Positions 47,201 to 55,546 of a DNA stretch of 64,000 bases are shown here, one piece after another (position 1 is the stretch's first letter; every line of letters begins with the position of its first letter). The stretch covers positions 37,471-101,470 of IMG/VR virus record IMGVR_UViG_3300043419_000459, one strand, 5' to 3'. The DNA is from a virus. The notes below the pieces were generated by a model. It was not told the DNA's origin and ran no database searches. It saw nothing but the letters and a program-made list of their open reading frames with translations. Both the position numbers and the translations under genes were made by a program.

Positions 47201-49753
47201 AGAGGTTGCTGTTAATGATGACAAAGATTTTGAAGTAGTTGTACCATCATATGTTTCTCTTACACTTATTGTTACATTTGCAAAAGAATCGATTTGCGCG
47301 CCTGTTGATTTTGCAGTTACACTTTGGTCTTTTGGTGTCGATGTAATTGATAATACAGGAGCAGCTTTTTTATTTTTTGTGTAAGTAACATTTTTAATAA
47401 GACTTGTGGTATCACCTGCTCCATCTTTATAATCAATTGTTATATCCAACGAACCACTATCTGCCGATAAATTAGTTATACTATATACATTTGAAGTTGG
47501 GTTACTATTATTTCCACCATTTGGAGTACACCCAATTCCACTTACATTTGTTATAGAAAATGTGTTATTTGCTCTATTTCCATCATTATCATCATCAAAT
47601 GTAATTGTTTCGTTTCCAACCTTTACATTAACAGAACCCGATGTAAACAAAAACGAACCACTTGCAACAAATCCATTAGAAAGGGCCGGTAAAGATGCAT
47701 TATCGTTTGTAAGGGTCGCAGATAATCCGTCTAATATTTTTACAGGACTTATTTTAATTGAGTCGGAGAATTCATTTCCAAATTGGTCAGAACCAGAAAT
47801 ATAATAAATTGTTTCATTTGTCAAATATGGATATGATGAACCTGCTAATGTATAGGTATCAACACCATTGGTTGGATTTGTACTTACAAACGTCAATGCT
47901 GGTTTACCACTTCCTGAATTTACAATTAATGGTGTAGTTGCCGATGCTAAATTTTTTCTTTTAGCTTCAATTGTAATAACTTGTCCAACCGGATTAAGAG
48001 ATAAGTCGGTTGCTTTATAAATAAACTGATTTGTATTCGCAGTTACAAAAACGCCCGGTGCGTTATCACCATCTTCGAATCTATAAATTGTTTCATATTC
48101 TTCAAATCCTTCACAAGATGCAGTATATACAATAGAACCAACCAACACATTTGAAACACTACCACTAAAACTACTTATATTCAATAGTGCACCATTATCA
48201 TTTTGAGATACAAATGCACCAGGATAAGTACCTGCGTAAGAGGATGGTTCGATATAGTTACCACCAATGTCAAATGCAGATGAAGCGTATGTTATAGAAC
48301 CTGTAAAATTTGTTTTTTGTGTTCTAAATCTTACAGACTGATTTGCAGGATTTGCAAAAGACCCAGTTGAAAATCTAAATGCGGTTCTGTCCGATTCGAA
48401 TGTTAATAATTTTGTAATCGTATTTGAACCTCCTGTAAAGTTTGCACTTTGTGTTACGAACACCGGAACGTAGTTATTATTTACATCATAAAATTCAAAC
48501 TTAAAATTAAAATCTTCATTACCAATAACCGTAGGCATTGAGGTAATAAATGAAATCTCATCCGGTGAGAACGCCGTATCTTGTGATAATTTTAAACTAA
48601 CATTTCCAACATGCCATTCTCCTTGTGATTGTGAAAAATACAAAGTAGCATTTGGGTAATCTCTATCTATTTTAAATGGTATAGTTGTATCTAATAAATT
48701 TCTAGTTGGATTTAATCCAGATAGTGTTCCAATACTACTACTAAATGTTGTTGATTGTGAAACATATGATAAATAAATACCCAAATCGGATTTAGTTGAT
48801 GAAGAATAAAAAGCATCTAAATTTATTTCATATGTATTTAAACTTTTTATGTCTAAAGATGATGTATATGTTAAATTACCACTACCATTAAGTTTTATAC
48901 CATTATCTATTTTGTCCGATAATAATTTAACATCCAATGAACCGGTGTTCCAATAATTCTTTAAAGTTTCTGATGTAAATGTTCCTGTATTTCCAACAAC
49001 ACTTCCAGACAATCCAAAAGTAGTTAATAATTCTTTTGACTCAACTAATATATCTTGTATTAAACTAAAATCAGATATATCACCCAATGAAGTTCTAAAT
49101 ACTTTTACTCTTTTTACATCACCTGCAAATGTTTCTAAATTAGATACTTTAATATTTGCAAATGATTGATTTAATCCACTATTTACTTTTAAACCATTTT
49201 CTATTCTATAAATTGGTTCTAATAATTCGGTAATACTAACCGTAGGTCTTCTATAAAATCTAATCTTAGTAGTATTAGCCAACGATGGGTTTACATCTAT
49301 TTGCTTTTGCCACTTTACATTGTATTTGTTTTCCCAATCTAATGGAACAGGAAGTGTAACACCATTCGTGTCCTGATATTCACTAAGTTCACCTAATATA
49401 GTAAGTGTGCACACACCATATGCGGTATCTGGATAAATATATACCGCAACCACCTTAGAAACACCTTCATAATATTCTGTTTGAAATTCAACTCCATCTA
49501 TTGAACCCGTCATTAAACCCTCACCTGGCTCGTGATAAATAATATTACCAGCGGAATCTTTTAATTCAATTTGTATTTTGGTATCAGGAACCAAATATTC
49601 GGAACCCGCAATTAGAAATGCATTTTTTCCACCTGTAAATGTATCGGGTAATTCTGTTATTTTAAAATATTTACTATCCGATTGAGTATCGTTTACTAAT
49701 ACTGCAAACTTTTCTAAATTCTTTGCAAATAATGTTTTCTTTATAACAGCCAT
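44237..49753 (-). CDS. Large tail-fibre/baseplate-associated receptor-binding protein
   Basis: 1838 aa, Thr/Ser/Gly-rich; Ig-like repeats; short GXX collagen-like run; beta-helix-like region; C-terminal KQFKIQHP..L.H...ESP...YRG module typical of fibre ends. Confidence 0.7.
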   Translation of the reverse strand: MAVIKKTLFAKNLEKFAVLVNDTQSDSKYFKITELPDTFTGGKNAFLIAGSEYLVPDTKIQIELKDSAGNIIYHEPGEGLMTGSIDGVEFQTEYYEGVSKVVAVYIYPDTAYGVCTLTILGELSEYQDTNGVTLPVPLDWENKYNVKWQKQIDVNPSLANTTKIRFYRRPTVSITELLEPIYRIENGLKVNSGLNQSFANIKVSNLETFAGDVKRVKVFRTSLGDISDFSLIQDILVESKELLTTFGLSGSVVGNTGTFTSETLKNYWNTGSLDVKLLSDKIDNGIKLNGSGNLTYTSSLDIKSLNTYEINLDAFYSSSTKSDLGIYLSYVSQSTTFSSSIGTLSGLNPTRNLLDTTIPFKIDRDYPNATLYFSQSQGEWHVGNVSLKLSQDTAFSPDEISFITSMPTVIGNEDFNFKFEFYDVNNNYVPVFVTQSANFTGGSNTITKLLTFESDRTAFRFSTGSFANPANQSVRFRTQKTNFTGSITYASSAFDIGGNYIEPSSYAGTYPGAFVSQNDNGALLNISSFSGSVSNVLVGSIVYTASCEGFEEYETIYRFEDGDNAPGVFVTANTNQFIYKATDLSLNPVGQVITIEAKRKNLASATTPLIVNSGSGKPALTFVSTNPTNGVDTYTLAGSSYPYLTNETIYYISGSDQFGNEFSDSIKISPVKILDGLSATLTNDNASLPALSNGFVASGSFLFTSGSVNVKVGNETITFDDDNDGNRANNTFSITNVSGIGCTPNGGNNSNPTSNVYSITNLSADSGSLDITIDYKDGAGDTTSLIKNVTYTKNKKAAPVLSITSTPKDQSVTAKSTGAQIDSFANVTISVRETYDGTTTSKSLSSLTATSSNISSIVTDYTTGIVTLNGRTLADGVNSTTIIITAVVIDSEGVSRILTDTLSLSKVKKAPPTITFSVTPNSQTVNANSAGTLTGTIVDPVLTAFEGSSTLTYNQGTLTTSEFKITNVTGVTVVSTTPSTSTIDVTGVSSNDNTGVVTIQYVDSEGTSGTSTIKFTISKAITGAAGANGATGADGKRTATGMVHYQLTATSAPTSPSATSFTFSNGTFTDLTNNWGTGAPTYASGNTNKYWYATYTVVETTAGGGTGTPTFGTPTQAIGFSGLVSFTAANNVTDGTNALSFGVAGTTLINGSNISTGKIISTNYSAGTPYTTAGSIIDLDNGRIATKTFYVDSNGDAVFKGTLSAAGGTFAGNLSAAAGTFTGALQGGTISIGSGDSIFKADTNGIYLGNATFSSAPFRVSPSGVLTATNASISGNITATSLTLSAGVTISNTQVSGLGTLATANGVTTAQVSGLGAFATLNKILPNNVSTYIDGQSITTNQIAANSIVAGNIASLAFSGKNAVFDTGQVAGWTMDGTGFYKTVGAYTLRLASNAQRISITQATGTDTLDRVRIDASSNISAITVSDTASLNWSNSGQNLDIVYGTDSPSTAEVDTGFTLPNGCSYNYGTSCGIIGLQYAEEEIFVEAEDFPVISNTIFGYAALPAFGETHTVYGYWNCTLRVRQYPTQTDAENQTNQNMTYGTKTALVAYREFRQSYTSGGTQLENIDNEQVYGATISAQGGGGINTPGTAVWYRVELQQFWYLQVDGGNFDSVIYANRPASDIFVKYGRVQNGYSVFSPGGLQVYQGVRNYLNASVPEGTSGESSNFFIIKGKSQIIGSLNILGGFSANSKQFKIQHPLNENKWLYHTSTESPRADLIYRGTIELENGEGSMSIDSASNMTIGTFDVLTKNPQLFLQNNQTFDRVKGYVESGSVYVISENVESNVKIDWMVIAERNDKEILKSPLYDVNGNYKTENYKGEYLDSTRPERVPKLNDI

Positions 49754-49765
49754 TTAATCTTTTTA

Positions 49766-49774
49766 AATAAATAT
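49766..49774 (-). promoter_or_regulatory. Putative late promoter variant ATATTTATT for the tail-fibre/glycan operon
   Basis: 12 nt upstream of the ATG at 49753. Confidence 0.5.
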
Positions 49775-49795
49775 CTCTAAAAAAAGAATTATATC

Positions 49796-49804
49796 ATATT
49801 TATA
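49796..49804 (+). promoter_or_regulatory. Putative promoter ATATTTATA on the plus strand for the RHH gene
   Basis: Motif orientation flips with the strand of the downstream gene. Confidence 0.55.
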
Positions 49805-49805
49805 T

Positions 49806-49850
49806 AAAGAAAACTAATAAACTCTTTAATAAACTAAAGAAAACTAAATA
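49806..49850. repeat. Array of AAACTA direct repeats at 10-bp multiples (operator-like, copy 2)
   Basis: AAACTAATAA at 49811, AAACTAAAGA at 49831, AAACTAAATA at 49841; includes the 16-mer identical to 6540-6555. Confidence 0.6.
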
Positions 49851-49854
49851 AGTT

Positions 49855-50031
49855 ATGAAATACGCAATGTTACAAATTAAAAAAGAAACCCATGAACTTC
49901 TCAAAGAATATTGTGAAGAACACGGGTTCAAAATGGGTAGTCTTGTTGAAAATCTAATTAAGAAACATGTTGGTGTCTCAAAACCACAATCCAGTGTGTT
50001 GAAGGCTGATAAGGTCGTTCTTAGAAGTTAG
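49855..50031 (+). CDS. Ribbon-helix-helix DNA-binding protein (58 aa)
   Basis: Not in ORF track. MKYAMLQIKKETHELLKEYCEEHGFKMGSLVENLIKKHV...; beta-strand, helix, G-turn, helix pattern; the only credible plus-strand gene. Confidence 0.75.
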   Translation: MKYAMLQIKKETHELLKEYCEEHGFKMGSLVENLIKKHVGVSKPQSSVLKADKVVLRS

Positions 50032-50741
50032 ACTATCCCAGAATAAAAAGATACTATATTATATTTTATATTTTGATTTACTTTTTCAACTTCATGAAAT
50101 AAATTTAAATCACTATCCAATACTACAAAATTAGGAAATGTAGGATTTATTTTTATTTTATCATTATTCTTATTATACAAAATTAGGTGGCCACCATTTT
50201 CGTCATTCCAATCGTTGTTTAGAAAATATAAAAACACACAAATCCTATCAGCAGGTTTCCCATCATCGTGTAATTTTATTTCACAATCTTTATCATAAAA
50301 TTGTAATTTAACATTTTTCATATAAGATTTATAACTCTTATCTGAATAATATTTTTTAACAAAGTTTTCCTGAAAGTTGGATATAATTTCACCATTAATT
50401 AAATTATCTATTTCTTCATCCATAGAAGTTCCAAAAACCCAAGTTGGATAGAAGTCAGAATCCTGTATTTTTTTAATCATATATTCGTGCGACATTTGAT
50501 AGATAAAATCTGCAACATTTAAATCTCCATCTCTTTTTAAGAAATTTTCATAAACTATTTCTTCCATATAAGATAGATTTTTAAATTTATACCAATAATC
50601 ATATCTTGAAAATCGTTTGATATTTTTATTGTCTATTTTTGATTTTATATCTTTGAATTTTTCAAAATTAATTAAATCAGTATAGTTTTCTAAACTATCT
50701 AACAAATATCCCTGCTCTCTAAATGTTTTGATATCTATCAT
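50028..50741 (-). CDS. 2OG-Fe(II) oxygenase (prolyl-hydroxylase-like)
   Basis: H.D (LHDD), LYFLN..W....GG.L, FHEV. Confidence 0.8.
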   Translation of the reverse strand: MIDIKTFREQGYLLDSLENYTDLINFEKFKDIKSKIDNKNIKRFSRYDYWYKFKNLSYMEEIVYENFLKRDGDLNVADFIYQMSHEYMIKKIQDSDFYPTWVFGTSMDEEIDNLINGEIISNFQENFVKKYYSDKSYKSYMKNVKLQFYDKDCEIKLHDDGKPADRICVFLYFLNNDWNDENGGHLILYNKNNDKIKINPTFPNFVVLDSDLNLFHEVEKVNQNIKYNIVSFYSGIV

Positions 50742-50752
50742 AAAAATAAATA

Positions 50753-53700
50753 TTAGAAGTCAATCTTACTAAATCCGTTTTCTTTTTTAATCTCAATCAA
50801 CCCGTCTACGATATCTCTCATTTGTTCTAAGTGAGAAATCATCCATATAAAATCAAATTGTGTTTTAAGATATTGCATCATCATAAATAGGGATGATAAG
50901 TTGTCTGCGTCTAATGTTCCAAATCCCTCATCTACTACTAAGAAGTTTGGACGAGGTAAATTACATACATTGATAAGTGCAACTCTAATAGCAAGTCCAC
51001 TAACAAATTTCTCCATACCACTGCACATTTCTAATGGCCATTCCTGGTCTTCATAAACAATTTTTGCATTGATAGATTTACCATCCATTTCCATTGTAAT
51101 ACCAAAATCTACAACCTGTCCTAAAATATTATTAATCTCACTTTCAATTACAGGTAAAGCCTTTGTAATCAATTCATATGGGATACCATCTCTCTTAACC
51201 GAATCTAAATAATAGGTGTATAATCGGTTCTTTTCCTCCAATTCCTTAACATTACTCATCTTCTCTTTAATACCATCTATATAAGTCTGTAATGATGAAA
51301 TAGACCCATTTGTATTGGAAATATCTTTACTCAATTTCTTAATTTGGATATTTAATACATCCACTTCACCTTCTATGAATTTAATCTGACCTTCTAACTT
51401 TTTATTGGATTGAATTGTATCTTCGTTTTCATAATATGTTTCAATATCTTCTTCTATTTTATCCAATTGTGTTTCTAACAACTCACCTTTAGTTTCTAAA
51501 CCTTTTAATTCTGCTTGTGCCTTTTCTATTAAGATTTTACCCTGGGTGTATTTCTTTTTTAATTCTTGTAATTCGTTATATTGTTCTTCAACCCCTTCCA
51601 TAGTATCCAATGTTTGTTGAATACCTACACAATCAATTAATGCATGTTTAACAACACTTGTCAATTCAGGTAATGCATCTTTTGCTCTCATTGCATCCTT
51701 AACAAACTCATTATCACAACAAAATTTACAATTTGGGTCGTACTCATGTTTATCCAAATATTTAATTTTTTCCTCTGCAGAATTTAAATGCAATTTTGCA
51801 GTATCATAAACTTTAGTAGACTCTGTTAAACTTTTTTGTTCCCTTTGATAATTTGAATATGCTGTTTCTACATCAACATCACCAAACATCTTCTTATCAT
51901 CTATTGATTGTGAAATTTCTGCAACTTTTTCTTCTAAAATTTCAATATTGTTTTCCTTTGTTCCAATTAGATTTGTATTGTTTTGAATATCATCAATCAA
52001 TCTTCTTTTCTTTGACTCTAAAGTTGGTAAGTCTAAATTATTACCAATAGGAACTATTTGTCTACTTTTTTCTAAGATATGTGTACTCTGTGCATCTCTC
52101 TCATTTGTTAATTCATCCAATTCCTCTTGTAATTGTTTCAATTCACCTTTCTTATCTTTTAACTCATTTGATTTATCGGCAAGTTCAGTTGTAAAGTCCG
52201 TTTTCTTAAAGTTTTTGATTAATACTGAAACTTCTTTGATATCTTCAACCGCAGTATCGTATAACTTGTCAAAAACATTCAATCCCATAAATTGGGCAAG
52301 TAAGTCTTTTCTCTCACTTTGGGATTTATCAATGAATATAGAGTTATTACCCTGTAAAGACAATGCAGTCAATACGAAATCTTCATATTTGCCAACATAT
52401 TGTTCAATTACTGAATTTGTATCTCTTCTCTCTGTTCCGTTTAATGAAACATTTTCACCACCATCTTCATACCAGAAATTAACATCTACTTTTACATTTT
52501 TACCTTTGTTAATTGTCTTTGCAGTTCTTTCTATATGATAATCCATTCCATCGATTTGGAAATGTAAATAACATCTAAAGTCAGTCTTACGATTGTTTAG
52601 AATATTTGCAGCTTTGAATGCTCTACTACTTTTATCATATAAACAAAATGAAATAGCATCGAATATAGAAGATTTACCTTGTGCATTTGGTGCAAACAAT
52701 CCCATCAACCCCCCCAATTTAGAGAAATCAATTTTATTATCTTCACCATAACTAAACATATTAGAAAACTCAAATCTAACCGGTTTCCACATAATGTTTC
52801 TTAAAGTATCTTCATGTACAATTCTACTATTTACATCTCTATTAATCTTCTCCAACTCTGCCAAATCTTTCTTATCAACAAATGGCATCATTCTTTCTAC
52901 ATACTCATTGATTAAAGAGTTTTGATAATTGATATCAGAAATATCTTCAAAGTCTAATTTATTTTGTCTATCTCCTGTTTTCTTTTTTGATAATGAGTCC
53001 GTTCTAATAATTGTAAAGTCCTCAACACCATATTTCATTTTGATTTCTGCAATTACTTTTTTAGTATCGGCAGTATCGGTGTTTGATAATCTTACTCTTA
53101 AACGAGGATGTTTTGGCATATCATTTACAACTGGAACTTTACCATTGTCGATATCCATTGTATAATAACCATAATCATTTGGAATATCAATTTCTTCATA
53201 AGTCATTGTATCTAAATCCCATGCTAAAAATCCATGTCTACCCAATGTTTCACCAAAATTTTGTTGAACCAATGAACCGGCATAAACTACCTTACAACCT
53301 TTCGGACTAATCATTTCTTGACGCTTATGAATATCACCCAATAAGGCTAAATCAAAACCATCAAATATATCCGTTGTAAAATGTCTACTACTTACTACAT
53401 AACCAATATCAGTTTGAGAATTATCAACAGGTCCGTGGAATAACGCAATCTTTTTATTACCAAATAGTTTATCAGCGGTAATCCAATTGTCCTTATTATC
53501 CAAAATTGAAAATACTGAAAAATCAACACCACCAATTGAATAAACCTGTGTATCTTTTAAGTAATAAAAGTTTTCTAATTCTAATGCATCTACAATAGGA
53601 GTAAGAACATCCATTCTATCCATATTGTTCATATTACAATCGTGATTTCCGGTAATAAGAATTGTAGGACAAGTTTTAGCACACTCTTTGAATAACCAAC

Positions 53701-53896
53701 TTATTTCGTTCACTAATTCTGGACTCATTTCCAACTTCGCATGTGCAATATCACCTGCTAAATATATAATTGCGTCTTCGGTTCCTCTTTTACGGATTTC
53801 CTCAAACATCAATTCAAATACCTTTCTATACTCTTTGTGTCTTTTCACATTACGGATATGAACATCCGCAATATGATAAATCTTCTTTAAACTCAT
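50753..53896 (-). CDS. Fused Mre11/SbcD nuclease - Rad50/SbcC ATPase (T4 gp47+gp46 equivalent)
   Basis: DVH, GD, GNHD, HG, GDIH phosphoesterase motifs; NAQGKSS Walker A, CKFC hook, SGME signature, VVDEG Walker B, ISH. Confidence 0.92.
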   Translation of the reverse strand: MSLKKIYHIADVHIRNVKRHKEYRKVFELMFEEIRKRGTEDAIIYLAGDIAHAKLEMSPELVNEISWLFKECAKTCPTILITGNHDCNMNNMDRMDVLTPIVDALELENFYYLKDTQVYSIGGVDFSVFSILDNKDNWITADKLFGNKKIALFHGPVDNSQTDIGYVVSSRHFTTDIFDGFDLALLGDIHKRQEMISPKGCKVVYAGSLVQQNFGETLGRHGFLAWDLDTMTYEEIDIPNDYGYYTMDIDNGKVPVVNDMPKHPRLRVRLSNTDTADTKKVIAEIKMKYGVEDFTIIRTDSLSKKKTGDRQNKLDFEDISDINYQNSLINEYVERMMPFVDKKDLAELEKINRDVNSRIVHEDTLRNIMWKPVRFEFSNMFSYGEDNKIDFSKLGGLMGLFAPNAQGKSSIFDAISFCLYDKSSRAFKAANILNNRKTDFRCYLHFQIDGMDYHIERTAKTINKGKNVKVDVNFWYEDGGENVSLNGTERRDTNSVIEQYVGKYEDFVLTALSLQGNNSIFIDKSQSERKDLLAQFMGLNVFDKLYDTAVEDIKEVSVLIKNFKKTDFTTELADKSNELKDKKGELKQLQEELDELTNERDAQSTHILEKSRQIVPIGNNLDLPTLESKKRRLIDDIQNNTNLIGTKENNIEILEEKVAEISQSIDDKKMFGDVDVETAYSNYQREQKSLTESTKVYDTAKLHLNSAEEKIKYLDKHEYDPNCKFCCDNEFVKDAMRAKDALPELTSVVKHALIDCVGIQQTLDTMEGVEEQYNELQELKKKYTQGKILIEKAQAELKGLETKGELLETQLDKIEEDIETYYENEDTIQSNKKLEGQIKFIEGEVDVLNIQIKKLSKDISNTNGSISSLQTYIDGIKEKMSNVKELEEKNRLYTYYLDSVKRDGIPYELITKALPVIESEINNILGQVVDFGITMEMDGKSINAKIVYEDQEWPLEMCSGMEKFVSGLAIRVALINVCNLPRPNFLVVDEGFGTLDADNLSSLFMMMQYLKTQFDFIWMISHLEQMRDIVDGLIEIKKENGFSKIDF

Positions 53897-54834
53897 AATG
53901 AATTTATTTTATTTAACAATAGTTCTTCCGATGAAAACTCTTTGGTTTTTTTTAATTCCTCATAAAACTTTTCATAACCAATTTCGGAAGCATCTTTATC
54001 TTTCATATACATCATCTTCACATGAATACCTTGCTTTCTAAAATACTCAGCAGCTTTAAGTGCTTCGTTGATAGCATCATTATCCAATGAAATAATAATG
54101 TCAGTAATTCCACTCATAAAGATTTTTTCCACCAATGTTCTTGATGGAAACTTACCCAATAATGGAATTGCATTTCTTTTAATAGTAATTGCATCAAATA
54201 CACCCTCACAAAGTATAATCGGTTCATTCCAATTTACTTGGGAGTCAAAACATATTACATTTTTGCTGATTGGAGGATTTTTGTATTTCATTTTGTTGTC
54301 CGGATAATACGAACGAGAAACAAAGTAATTTAATGACCCATCGGAATTGTATGATGGTATAATTACTCTTTGTCCATATAATCCTTCTTTACAATATCCT
54401 ATATTATATTTGACTATATCTTTTTCCGTAATACCTCTTTGAGTAAGGTAGTGAATTGCGTGTTTATATTCTGGATTAAACCCCTTCGGAGTCTCACTAA
54501 GCGATATAAATTCTTTTGGTAAGGAAATGAATACCTTCGTATCTTTATCCTCTAATTGTGGATTATAATTGCTATCTCCGTAGATTTCTCTAATAATTGA
54601 AATAGTCTTTCTATCAACATCTAACTTTTTTAATAATGAGGTCATTTTTTTACCACCACTATTGCAAGTCCAACAATGCCACTTTTGAGTTTCAGTATTA
54701 ACTTGTAATTTTGGTTTGTGGTGATTACAAAAAGGACAGTAAAATGCCAACTCATTCCCCTTTAGAGTGAGATGACTACCTAACGCACCGGTTAGAGTAG
54801 ATACGACTATATTCTTATCATTTTGCTTCAACAC
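53893..54834 (-). CDS. DNA primase (Zn-ribbon + TOPRIM)
   Basis: CPFC..H...CWTC; IIP; KYKNP; EGVFDA; DND; KD. Confidence 0.9.
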   Translation of the reverse strand: MLKQNDKNIVVSTLTGALGSHLTLKGNELAFYCPFCNHHKPKLQVNTETQKWHCWTCNSGGKKMTSLLKKLDVDRKTISIIREIYGDSNYNPQLEDKDTKVFISLPKEFISLSETPKGFNPEYKHAIHYLTQRGITEKDIVKYNIGYCKEGLYGQRVIIPSYNSDGSLNYFVSRSYYPDNKMKYKNPPISKNVICFDSQVNWNEPIILCEGVFDAITIKRNAIPLLGKFPSRTLVEKIFMSGITDIIISLDNDAINEALKAAEYFRKQGIHVKMMYMKDKDASEIGYEKFYEELKKTKEFSSEELLLNKINSL

Positions 54835-54838
54835 CCCC

Positions 54839-54870
54839 TAAATATACGACAAATATTTGATATTTCCAAA
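54839..54870 (-). promoter_or_regulatory. Bacteroidota-type promoter TTTG-N20-TATATTTA upstream of primase
   Basis: Same architecture as the other two copies. Confidence 0.65.
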
Positions 54871-54874
54871 TATT

Positions 54875-55300
54875 TTATGGTCTATTTTCCTCTAAAAACC
54901 ACTCTTCTGGGATGAATTTGTCCGAATACTTAAATCCGTTCTTTTCACACCACATTCCGTAGGTAGTTTTAGAGTTTTTGCTGATTTTGTTCTTTGAATT
55001 CGAAAATACGAAACGAATGTCCAAATTGGGGTTTTGTTCTTTTACTAATTGGTGTTTCTTACGGTCTGCAGCAACAAATCTTCCCTTTGTTTCTACTCTA
55101 ATCCCATTAGGTAGTTTGAAATCTGGATGATAATTGTGAGTTGATGCTGGTATGATATACTCAACCTTTTCAGTTTCATATTCAACCGGAATACCTTTAC
55201 TTTCTATTTGAATTGAAATGGATTCCTCTAAACCGGACTTAAATCCATACTTTTTAGCAACCCACTTTGGATTGTTCTTTTTTGTAACTTTTTTGGCCAT
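54875..55300 (-). CDS. Holliday junction resolvase, T7 endonuclease I-like
   Basis: SGLE, Y.PDF.LPNGI.VETKG.F...DR.KH, DIRFVF, SKTTY..WCEK.GF. Confidence 0.92.
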   Translation of the reverse strand: MAKKVTKKNNPKWVAKKYGFKSGLEESISIQIESKGIPVEYETEKVEYIIPASTHNYHPDFKLPNGIRVETKGRFVAADRKKHQLVKEQNPNLDIRFVFSNSKNKISKNSKTTYGMWCEKNGFKYSDKFIPEEWFLEENRP

Positions 55301-55308
55301 TAAGTTTG

Positions 55309-55518
55309 TTATTTTTTTACAGAATCGGAGTATTTAGCGAAATTCTTTTCACCACCTCTACCTGTTTTAAATTTGTCAGCGGTTAACACTTGGTCATCCA
55401 CTTTTTTCAAATCGTTTGTAGTATATGGAGTTTTTGCTGCTACACCCGCATCAAATCCTAATTTATCAACACCCAATGCTGCTTGTTGTGATTTGTATAA
55501 ATCTAATATTTTAGACAT
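55309..55518 (-). CDS. Hypothetical protein
   Basis: 69-aa ORF preceded by the ATATTTATA motif. Confidence 0.55.
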   Translation of the reverse strand: MSKILDLYKSQQAALGVDKLGFDAGVAAKTPYTTNDLKKVDDQVLTADKFKTGRGGEKNFAKYSDSVKK

Positions 55519-55534
55519 AATAATTGTTTTTACT

Positions 55535-55543
55535 TATAAATAT
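55535..55543 (-). promoter_or_regulatory. Putative late promoter ATATTTATA
   Basis: Recurrent motif, 16 nt upstream of the ATG at 55518. Confidence 0.55.
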
Positions 55544-55546
55544 ATG

